The translations under genes and the position numbers were made by a program. This document shows positions 19,991 through 29,069 of a DNA stretch of 64,000 nt, piece after piece (position 1 is the stretch's first letter; the number at the start of each line of letters is the position of its first letter). The DNA is from Pseudomonadota bacterium (GTDB lineage: Bacteria; UBA10199; 2-02-FULL-44-16; JAAZCA01): NCBI GenBank assembly GCA_043798915.1, contig JAZDOG010000089.1:1-64000 (forward strand), written 5' to 3'. The notes beneath the pieces were generated by a model. It had not been told where the DNA came from. It searched no databases and was given only the letters and a program-made list of their open reading frames with translations.

Positions 19991-20926
19991 ATGGCCATAC
20001 TGGATCAAATAATCGCCGGGGATGTCCTGGCGATCTCTCGCTTCATCCGCAGCGTCGACGACGGCGATCCCGCCGCGGAGAAGGTCCTGAAAGAGCTCTT
20101 CAAGCTCTCCGGAAAGGGCCAGATAATCGGCGTCACCGGGACGGCCGGCGCCGGCAAGAGCACGCTTACCTCCCTCATCATCTCCCATTACAGGAAGGCC
20201 GGACAGAGCGTCGGCGTGATCGCTGTCGACCCCACGAGCCCCTTCTCGGGCGGCGCGATACTCGGCGACCGCATCCGCATGGGCGAGCACAACGCCGATC
20301 CCGGCGTCTTCATCAAGAGCTTGGCCACGCGCGGCGCGTTCGGCGGACTTTCGAAATCGGTGGTGGACATCGTCCACGTCCTCGAGGCCGCCGGCAAGGA
20401 CGTGATCATAATCGAGACAGTGGGCGTGGGGCAGGATGAGATCGACATCGTTCGAATCGCCGGGCTCGTGCTCGTCGTCACGGCGCCCGGGCTCGGCGAC
20501 GACATTCAGGCGATAAAGGCCGGCCTCCTCGAGATCGCGGACATCTTCGTGGTCAACAAGCGCGACCTCGTGGGGGCCGACAGGGCGGCGCGTGAGCTCT
20601 CAGAGGCCGCCGAGGACAAGGCCACAGGAAGGCAGAAGCCGATCCTCCTCACCGATGCCATCCGGAGCGAAGGCATGGCCGCGCTCTTCGAGGGAATCAG
20701 CGCCGGTTTCGAAAAGTATGAGGACAAGAAGGTGCTTTCGAATTATCTCAAGAGGCGCTACCGCTACGAGATCGAGCTCAAGGTCAGGGACCAGCTGATG
20801 GAGGTAGTCAGGGACGCGTTCGGGAAGAACAAGGCCTTCGCAAATATCCTCGACGACGTCGGGTGCGGAAAGATCGACCCCTACTCCGCCGTCAGGAAGG
20901 TGCTCGGACACTTTTCCGTAAAATGA
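19991..20926 (+). CDS. meaB: mutase-associated GTPase MeaB
   Basis: GTAGAGKST, AVDPTSPFSGGAILGDRIRM, ETVGVGQ, NKRD. Confidence 0.93.
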   Translation: MAILDQIIAGDVLAISRFIRSVDDGDPAAEKVLKELFKLSGKGQIIGVTGTAGAGKSTLTSLIISHYRKAGQSVGVIAVDPTSPFSGGAILGDRIRMGEHNADPGVFIKSLATRGAFGGLSKSVVDIVHVLEAAGKDVIIIETVGVGQDEIDIVRIAGLVLVVTAPGLGDDIQAIKAGLLEIADIFVVNKRDLVGADRAARELSEAAEDKATGRQKPILLTDAIRSEGMAALFEGISAGFEKYEDKKVLSNYLKRRYRYEIELKVRDQLMEVVRDAFGKNKAFANILDDVGCGKIDPYSAVRKVLGHFSVK

Positions 20927-20940
20927 TCGGGAGACTAAAG

Positions 20941-21471
20941 ATGAAGCTCAACAAAGGCTGCATACAGGTCTACACGGGCGACGGCAAAGGCAAGACCACC
21001 GCCGCGCTGGGGCAGGCGCTGAGAGCCCTGGGCCACGGCCTCAAGGTCTTCGTGATCCAGTTCATGAAGGGGAACATCGAGTACGGCGAGCTCGAGATGT
21101 CGCGCCGGCTCGCGCCTCAGTTCACGCTCAAGCAGATGGGTCGTGAGACCTTCGTGAACAAGAAAAATCCCGACCCCAAAGACATCGAAATGGCGAAGGA
21201 CGCGCTGAAGCTCGCTCAGGAGTGCATGAAGGACAAATCGATCGACATCCTGATCCTCGACGAGATAAACGTCGCGATCGATTTCAAGCTTATCCCGCTC
21301 GATGAAGTCCTCGCGATGCTGGGCGGCAAGCCCGAACAGATGGAGCTCATCCTCACCGGCAGAGCCGCTGCACAGGAGCTCATCGACAAGGCCGACCTCG
21401 TGACGGAGATGAAGGAAGTGAAGCATTACTACAGGAATGGCATCGAAGCGAGGGTCGGAATAGAGCGGTGA
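20941..21471 (+). CDS. cobO: cob(I)alamin adenosyltransferase (CobO/BtuR type)
   Basis: YTGDGKGKTTAALG, QFMKG, ILDEIN, LTGR, ADLVTEM, KHYY..GIE. Confidence 0.92.
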   Translation: MKLNKGCIQVYTGDGKGKTTAALGQALRALGHGLKVFVIQFMKGNIEYGELEMSRRLAPQFTLKQMGRETFVNKKNPDPKDIEMAKDALKLAQECMKDKSIDILILDEINVAIDFKLIPLDEVLAMLGGKPEQMELILTGRAAAQELIDKADLVTEMKEVKHYYRNGIEARVGIER

Positions 21472-21589
21472 AGATAAAATAGCGCCGGATTTTTTGTGCC
21501 ATGGATCACGGTTCAGACTTTCTAAACCTCTTGATTTATAAGGAAGGTTTATATAGCCTATTCTGACAACGAGATTAAAATCGTGAATC

Positions 21590-22102
21590 ATGAAAAAAAC
21601 TATTCAGGTCATCAATAATCTGGAAGAGGAAGGGATCATCGACAATTACGCCATGGGTGGCGCGACGGCCCTTCTTTTCTATGCCGAGCCGTCCCTGACC
21701 TTTGACGTAGATATCTTTGTCTTTCTTCCCGGCGATAAAGGAGCGAAGGATCTGGTTGATTTGAGCTCTCTTTATGCATTCCTTGAAGCCAAAGGGTATC
21801 ATGCTGAAAAAGAACACGTCATAATTGAGGGCGTCCCGGTCCAGTTCATTCCAGTATACAATGCCCTTGTGGAAGAGTCTGTGAAGAATGCCCTGGTAAA
21901 GGAGTATGAGGGAGTCAAAATAAAAGTGTTAAAAATAGAACATCTCATTGCCATCATGGTCGACACCAATCGTCCAAAAGACAGGGAGCGCGTTGGAAAG
22001 ATATTAGAGGAAGCGAGTTTTGATCGCAATACACTCGAATCAATTTTAAGACGGCATTCCCTTTTGGAGAGATGGGAGAAACTGATTGAAAAGAAACAAT
22101 GA
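21590..22102 (+). CDS. nucleotidyltransferase-family protein
   Basis: YAMGGATA...TFDVDIFV...RPKDRER; AT-richer than flanks. Confidence 0.75.
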   Translation: MKKTIQVINNLEEEGIIDNYAMGGATALLFYAEPSLTFDVDIFVFLPGDKGAKDLVDLSSLYAFLEAKGYHAEKEHVIIEGVPVQFIPVYNALVEESVKNALVKEYEGVKIKVLKIEHLIAIMVDTNRPKDRERVGKILEEASFDRNTLESILRRHSLLERWEKLIEKKQ

Positions 22103-22106
22103 AATA

Positions 22107-22259
22107 ATGGAGAAGATTTTCCAGGCAAAAATTCAAAGGCGCCAGGATCTGGCGCAACTGCCTGTCGAAGAGAAGGTGAGAATCCTCGTTCAACTCCAGA
22201 AAATAGCCAGCCCCATCCTTTCAGCGCGCGGTCTTAAAAGAGAACCATGGAGCGTGTGA
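22107..22259 (+). CDS. small hypothetical protein (50 aa), probable partner of the nucleotidyltransferase
   Basis: Below the ORF-track cutoff: MEKIFQAKIQRRQDLAQLPVEEKVRILVQLQKIASPILSARGLKREPWSV, 4 nt after the upstream stop. Confidence 0.55.
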   Translation: MEKIFQAKIQRRQDLAQLPVEEKVRILVQLQKIASPILSARGLKREPWSV

Positions 22260-22290
22260 TTTTTTGGACTCTCGCTGGTCTCCCTTGAAT

Positions 22291-22338
22291 TGTGGAATGT
22301 TTAAGGTTTTTGAACTGGTCGCAATTTGCGGCCAGTTT
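22291..22338 (-). pseudogene. short remnant resembling an ORF6N-domain protein
   Basis: KLAANCDQFKNLKHST, containing the palindrome aactggtcgcaatttgcggccagtt. Confidence 0.45.
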
Positions 22339-22386
22339 ACCTTGCCTCCCCCGGAGGCGTATAAATTGCGAAGTTCTTGAGGCACC

Positions 22387-22589
22387 ATGAGAAAAACGAC
22401 AGATAAGAAAAATCACGGCGGACTGTCAGTCGTAATATCGAGTATTTCAACCTCGATGTCATAATTTCAGTGGGTTACAGAGTTAAATCTCACAATGGTG
22501 TGCGTTTCCGAATCTGGGCGACAAAAATTCTCGACGTGATGATACACCTCATTATGTATTTCCTGGCAGGCCGCACAGGGGAGCGGTAA
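22387..22589 (+). pseudogene. internally deleted RhuM(-Fic)-family gene
   Basis: Start MRKTTDKKNHG, then in another frame RTVSRNIEYFNLDVIISVGYRVKSHNGVRFRIWATKIL (RhuM signature) fused directly to a short tail. Confidence 0.7.
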
Positions 22590-22742
22590 TGCCGCATAGC
22601 GTTGCACTGCCTCCTTGGGCGGCGTATAAATTGTGCAGTTTTTGATGCGCGGGAACGGTTTTTATTTATGGTACCGGAACCCCTTGATGAACATGAGCTA
22701 TAACAGGTTTGCTCCGTGACCGGTGGTTTTATCAAATTACAA

Positions 22743-22805
22743 TTAATTCCTGAGCGGTTTTCCCGTCTTCAGCATGTGCGCAATGCAGGCGCGGGTCTTC
22801 TCCTC
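22743..22805 (-). repeat. 63-bp diverged duplicate of the 3' end of the fadN-like gene (23382-23444)
   Basis: 57/63 identical; encodes EEKTRACIAHMLKTGKPLRN* versus EEKTRARIAHMLKTGKPLRN*. Confidence 0.9.
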
Positions 22806-22884
22806 CACGCGGTTTTTAAAAAGGTTTACTTTTGTACATAAATAGTTTACTATTGTCGTAGAAGGTCAAAGGAGGTGAATTAAT

Positions 22885-23109
22885 ATGGGCAAGGCAGCGT
22901 TTGCGGTGAAATTGGACGAGGATTTTCAAAAGGAAATCAGGGAGTTTTGCGAGTCGCACGGGTTCAAACAGGGGGCTTTTTTTGAGAAGGCCCTGCGCGA
23001 ACAGATGGAGCGCGAAGAACTGGCCCAGGATCTCCTTGATCTCTATACGCTCCGCCCCACCGAACAGCATGCGATCGATTTCGCCTCATACCGCAAGAGG
23101 AGAAAATGA
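22885..23109 (+). CDS. probable antitoxin (ribbon-helix-helix-like)
   Basis: 74 aa, strong SD GGAGGT, ATGA overlap with the RelE gene. Confidence 0.7.
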   Translation: MGKAAFAVKLDEDFQKEIREFCESHGFKQGAFFEKALREQMEREELAQDLLDLYTLRPTEQHAIDFASYRKRRK

Positions 23110-23360
23110 GCTATCAAGTCCTGCTTCTGCCTCGATCGCGCATGGACTTGGATTCGTTCGACGGCCGCGTCTTCGCAAAGATATGCATTGCGATAAATAA
23201 CCTGGCAAAAAACCCACGCCCTGTGGGCGGAATAAAGCTCACGAACGACAACGGCCACAGAATACGCGTCGGGGATTATCGCGTTCTCTATCGAATAGAC
23301 GATAAGGGAAAAAAGGTGTTTATCTATCGAGTCCGGCATCGCCGCGAGGTCTATCGGTGA
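23106..23360 (+). CDS. RelE/ParE-family toxin
   Basis: NPRPVGGIKL..RIRVGDYRVLYRID..RVRHRREVYR. Confidence 0.9.
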   Translation: MSYQVLLLPRSRMDLDSFDGRVFAKICIAINNLAKNPRPVGGIKLTNDNGHRIRVGDYRVLYRIDDKGKKVFIYRVRHRREVYR

Positions 23361-23381
23361 TCAAAAGACCGGAAGTCTGGT

Positions 23382-25841
23382 CTAATTTCTGAGAGGTTTT
23401 CCGGTCTTCAGCATGTGCGCGATGCGGGCGCGGGTCTTCTCCTCGCCGACTAGCGATAGAAACGCCTCGCGCTCGAGATCCAGAATATGTTCCTCGCTCG
23501 TCTCGTGGATGGTCGGCATATCGCCGCCGGCCAGGACGTGCGCTAGTTTCCCCGCGATGAACGCATCGTATTCCGTGGCCTTGCCCGCCTTGACGAATCC
23601 AGCCACACCGTTGACCAGTGCCATCTCGCCGCCGCGGCCGGGGAGACAGATGTCATTTCGAACGGCCGGGGGCGCATAGACCTTCGACATCTCGATGAGC
23701 GCCTTCTTTGCCTCGCGGAGGAGGAGCTCCCTGTCCATAACGATAAAATCTTCCTTCGCAAGAAGCCCCTGTCCCATCGCATCGCGCGCAGAACCGGAGA
23801 CCTTTGCCATGGCGATCAGCTCGAACGCAGCGGAGACCTTGGGCTGCGGCCCGCCGCCGACTCTCCTGCAGGGCGGCCGATCCGGCCAGCCAGTCATCCC
23901 TCCATCGCCAGCCAGCGCGTCCCTGCCGCGCCGTGCCTGCTCGCGCGCTTCCATCATGAGCAGCAGGTTCTTGCAGCCGCCCCCGGCCGGGATCAGGCCC
24001 ACCCCCGCCTCCACGAGCCCCATGTATGTCTCGATCGCGGCCGTCCGGCGACAGGCCGCGAGGCATATCTCGCAGCCGCCGCCCAGCGCCATCCCGAACG
24101 GCACCGCCATCACGGGTTTCTGCGCGAAGCGTATCCGCTGGCTCGCCGACTGAAACTCCCTCACCATCGTACTGATCTCATCCCATCGCTTCTGCTCGGC
24201 CGCCATGAAGATGAGGAGGATGTTCGCGCCGACGGAAAATTGCTCTCCCTCGTTCGCGATGAGGAGCCCCGCTTCCTCTTTTTCCACGCGGTCGATCGAG
24301 GAGTGGATCATCCTGATCACGTCCTCGTCGATCGCGTTCATCTTCGTGTGAAACTCGCAGGCGAAGACGCCGTCGCCCACATCCACGAGCGAGGCGCCGG
24401 CGTTCTCCTCGACAAGCCTTCCCACGCTCTTGAGCCTCGCGATCGTGACCCTCTCCTCCGAGCCCTCGATCGACGCGAATTTCTTTGCCGCGGGATCGAA
24501 ACACATCCGGCGATGGCTGCGCCATTCGTAGAAGTGCGTCCGTCCCTCGCGCAACATCTCCTCCACGAGCCTCGGCACCTGAGACCCCTCGCGCTCCAGA
24601 CGCTCGGCCACCTCGCGGAGCCCCAGCGCGTCCCATATCTCGAAGGGACCGAGCTCCCAGTTGTAACCCCACCGCATCGCGCGGTCGACGGAGAAGAGGT
24701 CGTCGGAGATCTCCGGTATGCGGTTGGCCGCGTAGGCGATGACGCGCGAGACGGCCGGCCAGGCGATCTCGCCGGCCTGATCATCGGCGAAGACCACGCG
24801 CTTCACGCGCTCCGCCGGGTCGGCGATCCTCAAAGCATCTGTGAGCGAAGGCGTGGAGAGGCTCACGCGCGGCCTGTAAGAGAGCTGAGCGGGATCGAGC
24901 GCCATTATATGCCCGCTCTCCTTGTCCTTGAAGTAGAAGCCGCGGCCCGCCTTGTCGCCTGTCATTCCACGGACCACCATCTGCTGCAGGAACTGCGGTA
25001 TGCGGCAGCGCGCGGACCACTCATCCTCCGGGCAGCCCTTCACGAGCTCGGCGGCGACGAACGACAGCGTATCCAGGCCCGCCAGGTCCGCGGTGCGGAA
25101 GATGCCGCTCTTGGGGCGCGCCGAGGCGCGGCCGAGCACCGCGTCGACCGCCTCGATCGGCCAGCCCTTTTCGACCACGCAGTGCATGAGATCCAGGACG
25201 TGGAAGACGCCGATGCGGTTTGCGATGAAGAGCGGCGTATCCTTTGCCAGCACCACGCCCTTGCCGAGCCTCTCGCCCGCAAAGGCAGCGACGGCCTTGA
25301 CCGCAGCGGGATCGGCATCGCCAGCGACGATCTCCAAGAGCTTCATGTATCGCGGCGGGTTGAAGAAGTGCGTGATGATGAAGCGGCGCGAAAGGTCCTC
25401 ATCCATCCCTTCGACCAGCATCCGGCGGAGTATCCCGGAGGTGTTCGACGACAGGACCGCGTCCCGATTGAGGACGGCGCCCAGCCTCTTGTAGAGGGCG
25501 TGCTTTATGTCGAGCCGCTCCGTGACCACCTCTATCACCCAGCCGCACTCGGAGAGCCTCCCCAGATGGTCCTCGAGGTTGCCGGGCCTGATGCGGGCCG
25601 CATCTCCGGCTGCGTAGAACGGCGGCGGCCTCATCTTGCCGAGCTTCGCCTTGCCTTCGACGGCGAATCGGTTTCTGAAATTGGCGTCGCTTCGCTCGGG
25701 GGGAGCGGACAGGCCTTCCGGCGGCACGATGTCGAGCAGCTCGACATCAACACCAACGCCCGCCAGGAGCGCCGCGATCTGCGCGCCCATGACGCCGGCG
25801 CCGATCACCCCGACTTTTTTGAAATCGTGTGAGTTCTTCAA
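23382..25841 (-). CDS. 3-hydroxyacyl-CoA dehydrogenase / enoyl-CoA hydratase (FadN-like)
   Basis: GAGVMG, SSNTSG, HFFNPPRYMKLLE, FIANRIG, crotonase motifs FSVGAN, ALGGGCE, GLVEAGVGLIPAGGG. Confidence 0.93.
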   Translation of the reverse strand: MKNSHDFKKVGVIGAGVMGAQIAALLAGVGVDVELLDIVPPEGLSAPPERSDANFRNRFAVEGKAKLGKMRPPPFYAAGDAARIRPGNLEDHLGRLSECGWVIEVVTERLDIKHALYKRLGAVLNRDAVLSSNTSGILRRMLVEGMDEDLSRRFIITHFFNPPRYMKLLEIVAGDADPAAVKAVAAFAGERLGKGVVLAKDTPLFIANRIGVFHVLDLMHCVVEKGWPIEAVDAVLGRASARPKSGIFRTADLAGLDTLSFVAAELVKGCPEDEWSARCRIPQFLQQMVVRGMTGDKAGRGFYFKDKESGHIMALDPAQLSYRPRVSLSTPSLTDALRIADPAERVKRVVFADDQAGEIAWPAVSRVIAYAANRIPEISDDLFSVDRAMRWGYNWELGPFEIWDALGLREVAERLEREGSQVPRLVEEMLREGRTHFYEWRSHRRMCFDPAAKKFASIEGSEERVTIARLKSVGRLVEENAGASLVDVGDGVFACEFHTKMNAIDEDVIRMIHSSIDRVEKEEAGLLIANEGEQFSVGANILLIFMAAEQKRWDEISTMVREFQSASQRIRFAQKPVMAVPFGMALGGGCEICLAACRRTAAIETYMGLVEAGVGLIPAGGGCKNLLLMMEAREQARRGRDALAGDGGMTGWPDRPPCRRVGGGPQPKVSAAFELIAMAKVSGSARDAMGQGLLAKEDFIVMDRELLLREAKKALIEMSKVYAPPAVRNDICLPGRGGEMALVNGVAGFVKAGKATEYDAFIAGKLAHVLAGGDMPTIHETSEEHILDLEREAFLSLVGEEKTRARIAHMLKTGKPLRN

Positions 25842-26263
25842 CGAGAGAATCCCGAGGCCTCGAGTCCTGCCGCTTCTGCAGCAATTCCCTGCCTCAAATC
25901 ATACGTCAGGAATATGAACTGTTTTTTTATCTGTTCCCGCAACAGAAGTGCAGTAGCAATATGGATCGCATCGAGCGTACCCACCACCGTTGGAAAAGGC
26001 TCGGACGCCCTGCGTAAAATGGCAGGCTGAATCGGGACCCAGCTGATAGCAGCGCCTGTCGCCGTGAGAAGGCGGACTCGAAGGGCCACCTCCTCCTCCG
26101 GCCATCTGCCGGAGATGCGCAGACGATCCAGCGCGCGGAGGGCCTCGACACGAAGGATCTCGCTCGCGTAGAGCTTATCGAACTTCTCAAGGCCGGCACG
26201 CGCGCCGCGCTCGCCCAGGATATGGCGGAGGACGATCGACGTGTCGAGAAAGGCGGTGTTCAT
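25838..26263 (-). CDS. PIN-domain toxin (VapC family)
   Basis: FLDTSIV, RVE, TLDAIHIATA, TYD. Confidence 0.88.
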   Translation of the reverse strand: MNTAFLDTSIVLRHILGERGARAGLEKFDKLYASEILRVEALRALDRLRISGRWPEEEVALRVRLLTATGAAISWVPIQPAILRRASEPFPTVVGTLDAIHIATALLLREQIKKQFIFLTYDLRQGIAAEAAGLEASGFSR

Positions 26264-26529
26264 GCCGCCTCCAGATCGTCCCGCCTGTCATCGCGAAGCG
26301 CGCGCAGGGAATCCGTGCCCGGGCGCGCCCGCGGAATCTTGAGCTTACGGAGCGCGCGGGGGCTCTCCCTCGCGGGCAGGACGGCGAGGCGCTCCCCGCC
26401 CGCGCTGTACGGGACCACCCTGGCGATAGGGGTTTTCCGGTCTGTGATGATGAGCTCGTCCCCGCCGCGGATGAGGCTCAAGTAATGGCTGAGCCGGCTT
26501 TTGAACTCTGCGGTCTTGACGTGTGTCAT
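26260..26529 (-). CDS. Phd/YefM-family antitoxin
   Basis: VKTAEFKSRLSHYL..GDELIITDRKTPIARVVP. Confidence 0.88.
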   Translation of the reverse strand: MTHVKTAEFKSRLSHYLSLIRGGDELIITDRKTPIARVVPYSAGGERLAVLPARESPRALRKLKIPRARPGTDSLRALRDDRRDDLEAA

Positions 26530-26556
26530 GACTATATTAAACTATATTTGGTCATG
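26527..26556 (-). promoter_or_regulatory. probable vapBC operator
   Basis: catgac...gtcatg inverted repeat enclosing a direct repeat of actatatt; overlaps the start codon, with TTGACT just upstream. Confidence 0.5.
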
Positions 26557-26608
26557 TTAGTCAACGAAAACCCTGCATGCACTCCTCAATGAAAGACGCG
26601 CACGGGCG

Positions 26609-27766
26609 TCACACCCGCTCGATTATCGTCGCCGCGCCCTGCCCTCCTCCGATACACATCGTCGCCATGCCCGTTGAGGCCTTGCGGTCGATCATCGCGT
26701 GGAGGAGCGTGGTCATGATTCTCGCCCCGCTCATTCCGAGCGGGTGGCCCAGCGCAATAGCGCCGCCGTGGACGTTCAGGCGCCTCTCGTCGATCGAGAG
26801 CTCCTTCACCACGGCCAGAGACTGCGCCGCGAACGCCTCGTTGAGCTCGATCAGTTCGATGTCCTTGAGCTTCATCTTCGCGCGGCGGAGCGCCTTCGGC
26901 ACCGCGAGGACTGGCGCGATCCCCATAAAGGCCGGGTCGCATCCTGCCACCGCCATCGAGCGGATCTTCGCCATGGGTTTCAAACCCAGTTTTTTGGCCA
27001 GGCTTTTTGACGCGATGAGGAGGGCCGCGGCCCCGTCGGTGAGAGGCGAGGAGTTGCCTGCGGTCACCGTGCCCCCTTTCAGAAACGCGGGCTCAAGCTT
27101 GGCAAGCGCCTCAAGCGAAGAATCCGGGCGAGGGCCCTCGTCCAGGGTCACCCGGCGCGTGCCGCCGCCCGCGACGACGGCTTCGATCGGGACAATCTCC
27201 GCGTCAAACTTGCCTCGCTCGCGCGCGGAGACGGCCTTCAGATGGGAGGCCAGCGCGAATTTGTCCTGCTCCTCGCGGCCGATCGAATATTTCTGCGCGA
27301 CGTTCTCCGCCGTGAGCCCCATGTTGATGTAGGCGGCGGGCGCGCCATCGCGCATGAGCTTTTCATTTAGAGACGGGTTGAACCCGCCCATCGGCACGTG
27401 GGTCATGGACTCGATGCCTCCGGCCAGGAAGAGATCTCCGTCGCCGCACCAGATCGCCCTCACCGCCTGGCTGATCGCTTCAAGCGAGGAGGCGCAGAAT
27501 CGGTTGATCGTGACGGCGCCCGACGAAAACGGGAGGCCGGCCAGGAGCGCGATGTTGCGGGCGACGTTCAAGCCCTGCTCCCCCTCGGGCATCGCGCAGC
27601 CTATGAGGACGTCCTCGATGAGCGCCGGGTCGAGCCCCGGCACGCGGGCCATGAGCCCTGCCACCACCTGCGCGCCGACGTCGTCGATGCGGGTGAGCGC
27701 AAAGGAGCCCCTCCCCGCCCTGGCCATGGGAGAGCGAGCACATGCAATTATTACGGCATCATCCAT
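26609..27766 (-). CDS. fadA: acetyl-CoA C-acyltransferase (thiolase)
   Basis: NRFCASS, NEAFAAQ, GGAIALGHPLG, MCIGGGQG. Confidence 0.93.
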   Translation of the reverse strand: MDDAVIIACARSPMARAGRGSFALTRIDDVGAQVVAGLMARVPGLDPALIEDVLIGCAMPEGEQGLNVARNIALLAGLPFSSGAVTINRFCASSLEAISQAVRAIWCGDGDLFLAGGIESMTHVPMGGFNPSLNEKLMRDGAPAAYINMGLTAENVAQKYSIGREEQDKFALASHLKAVSARERGKFDAEIVPIEAVVAGGGTRRVTLDEGPRPDSSLEALAKLEPAFLKGGTVTAGNSSPLTDGAAALLIASKSLAKKLGLKPMAKIRSMAVAGCDPAFMGIAPVLAVPKALRRAKMKLKDIELIELNEAFAAQSLAVVKELSIDERRLNVHGGAIALGHPLGMSGARIMTTLLHAMIDRKASTGMATMCIGGGQGAATIIERV

Positions 27767-27832
27767 AAAACCCCCGCGAGGCGAAATATGAGCGAACAAT
27801 ATGCCGGAAAGATGCACGAACTTCAATGAAAC

Positions 27833-27865
27833 AAAAAAGCCCCGCCGGACATGGCGGGGCTTTCT
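27833..27865 (-). terminator. intrinsic terminator downstream of rnpB
   Basis: aaaaaagccccgcc-ggacat-ggcggggcttt stem, with a U tract on the minus strand. Confidence 0.8.
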
Positions 27866-27877
27866 TAAGACAACGGA

Positions 27878-28285
27878 GATGCGCAAGGACTGTAAGCCGA
27901 GTTCTGTTCCTCATGCCGCAAGGCATGAGGCGACGACCATTCATCTGGGACCGCCGTTGCCGGCGGCCTCGAGCAACCTACCCACCATCCCGCCATCCTT
28001 TGGGGATGAACTTGAGCGGATAACTCAAAAGGGATGATTGTTTGGTCTTGCTCCCCATGGGGTTTGCCGTGCCATCCATGTCGCCATGGATGCGGTGGGC
28101 TCTTACCCCGCCTTTTCACCATCGCCGCGACCGAAGTCATGGCAGTTTATTTTCTGTGGCACTTTCCGTCCCCATCATCTCCGGAAATAGACTGGGGCCT
28201 GGACGTTATCCAGCATGGTATCCTGTGGAGCTCGGACTTTCCTCCACCGCGCTTGCGCGCGGAAGCGGCCGTCCGTCCTCGCATC
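27878..28285 (-). ncRNA. rnpB: RNase P RNA (class A)
   Basis: Minus strand GAGGAAAGTCCGAGCTCCACAGG, AGTGCCACAGAAAA, GGTAAGAGCCCACCG, GGCAAACCCC..GAGCAAG, AACAGAACTCGGCTTA; P1 ends complementary. Confidence 0.97.
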
Positions 28286-28310
28286 TGAATTTCAAAGATC
28301 CATCCAAGGA

Positions 28311-28721
28311 CTATAACATCTGCCCGTCTATCGCCAGATTCGCCAACTGATCGGCGCGCTTGTTCTTCTCGCGCGGCACATGTTCTATAGTATATCCGCC
28401 AATTTTCCGCAACAGCCCCATGACCTCCTGGAAGAGCGGCTTGATGCCCTCATTCTTCACGCGATACTCGCCGCGGATCTGCTTCACCATGAGTTCCGAG
28501 TCGGCGTAGATGCAGACGCGCGTGGCGCCCTTCCCGGCCGCCTCGGCGAGCGCGAGCAGCAGCGCGCGATACTCGGCCTGGTTGTTGGTGAGAGAATCTC
28601 CCAGATACCGGCAGACCTCGCCCACGACCTTGCCCTCGCGGTCGGTGAGCACTGCACCAGCGCCGGCGGGGCCCGGGTTGCCGCGCGCGGCGCCGTCTGA
28701 ATGGATGATCACATCGCTCAT
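28311..28721 (-). CDS. ribonuclease HI family protein
   Basis: SDGAARGNPGPAG, TNNQAEY, DSEL, HVPREKNKRADQLAN. Confidence 0.92.
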   Translation of the reverse strand: MSDVIIHSDGAARGNPGPAGAGAVLTDREGKVVGEVCRYLGDSLTNNQAEYRALLLALAEAAGKGATRVCIYADSELMVKQIRGEYRVKNEGIKPLFQEVMGLLRKIGGYTIEHVPREKNKRADQLANLAIDGQML

Positions 28722-28723
28722 AG

Positions 28724-29026
28724 TTACTGTTTATCGACCAGGCCAAACGCGGTGAGAAGGGTCTTCTCTTCGTGGGGAGAAAGATACGAGATGATCTCCC
28801 GCGTCTTGCGCGAGATGTGGGAGTTCTTCTTCACATCGACATCAGCACTTTGAGCCGCTGCCTCGCGCGCCAATTCCCGCGCCAGCTCGCGAAGCACCGC
28901 CCTGACCTCTTCGACGGAGACTCCGCCGGCCAGGTTCTCGGAAACCGAATTAAACCGCTCGTTCTCGGCAATGTAATGGAGGAGCTCGACGAGCGTCTCT
29001 TTTGGCATCGCTGAAATGTTTATCAT
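28724..29026 (-). CDS. hypothetical protein with a sigma-70 region-4-like C-terminal segment
   Basis: Clean ORF packed in the operon; C-terminus ISRKTREIISYLSPHEEKTLLTAFGL. Confidence 0.65.
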   Translation of the reverse strand: MINISAMPKETLVELLHYIAENERFNSVSENLAGGVSVEEVRAVLRELARELAREAAAQSADVDVKKNSHISRKTREIISYLSPHEEKTLLTAFGLVDKQ

Positions 29027-29069
29027 ATCCTGCTCCCTCCCCCGTCAATTCACGAACATCAGCACATCA

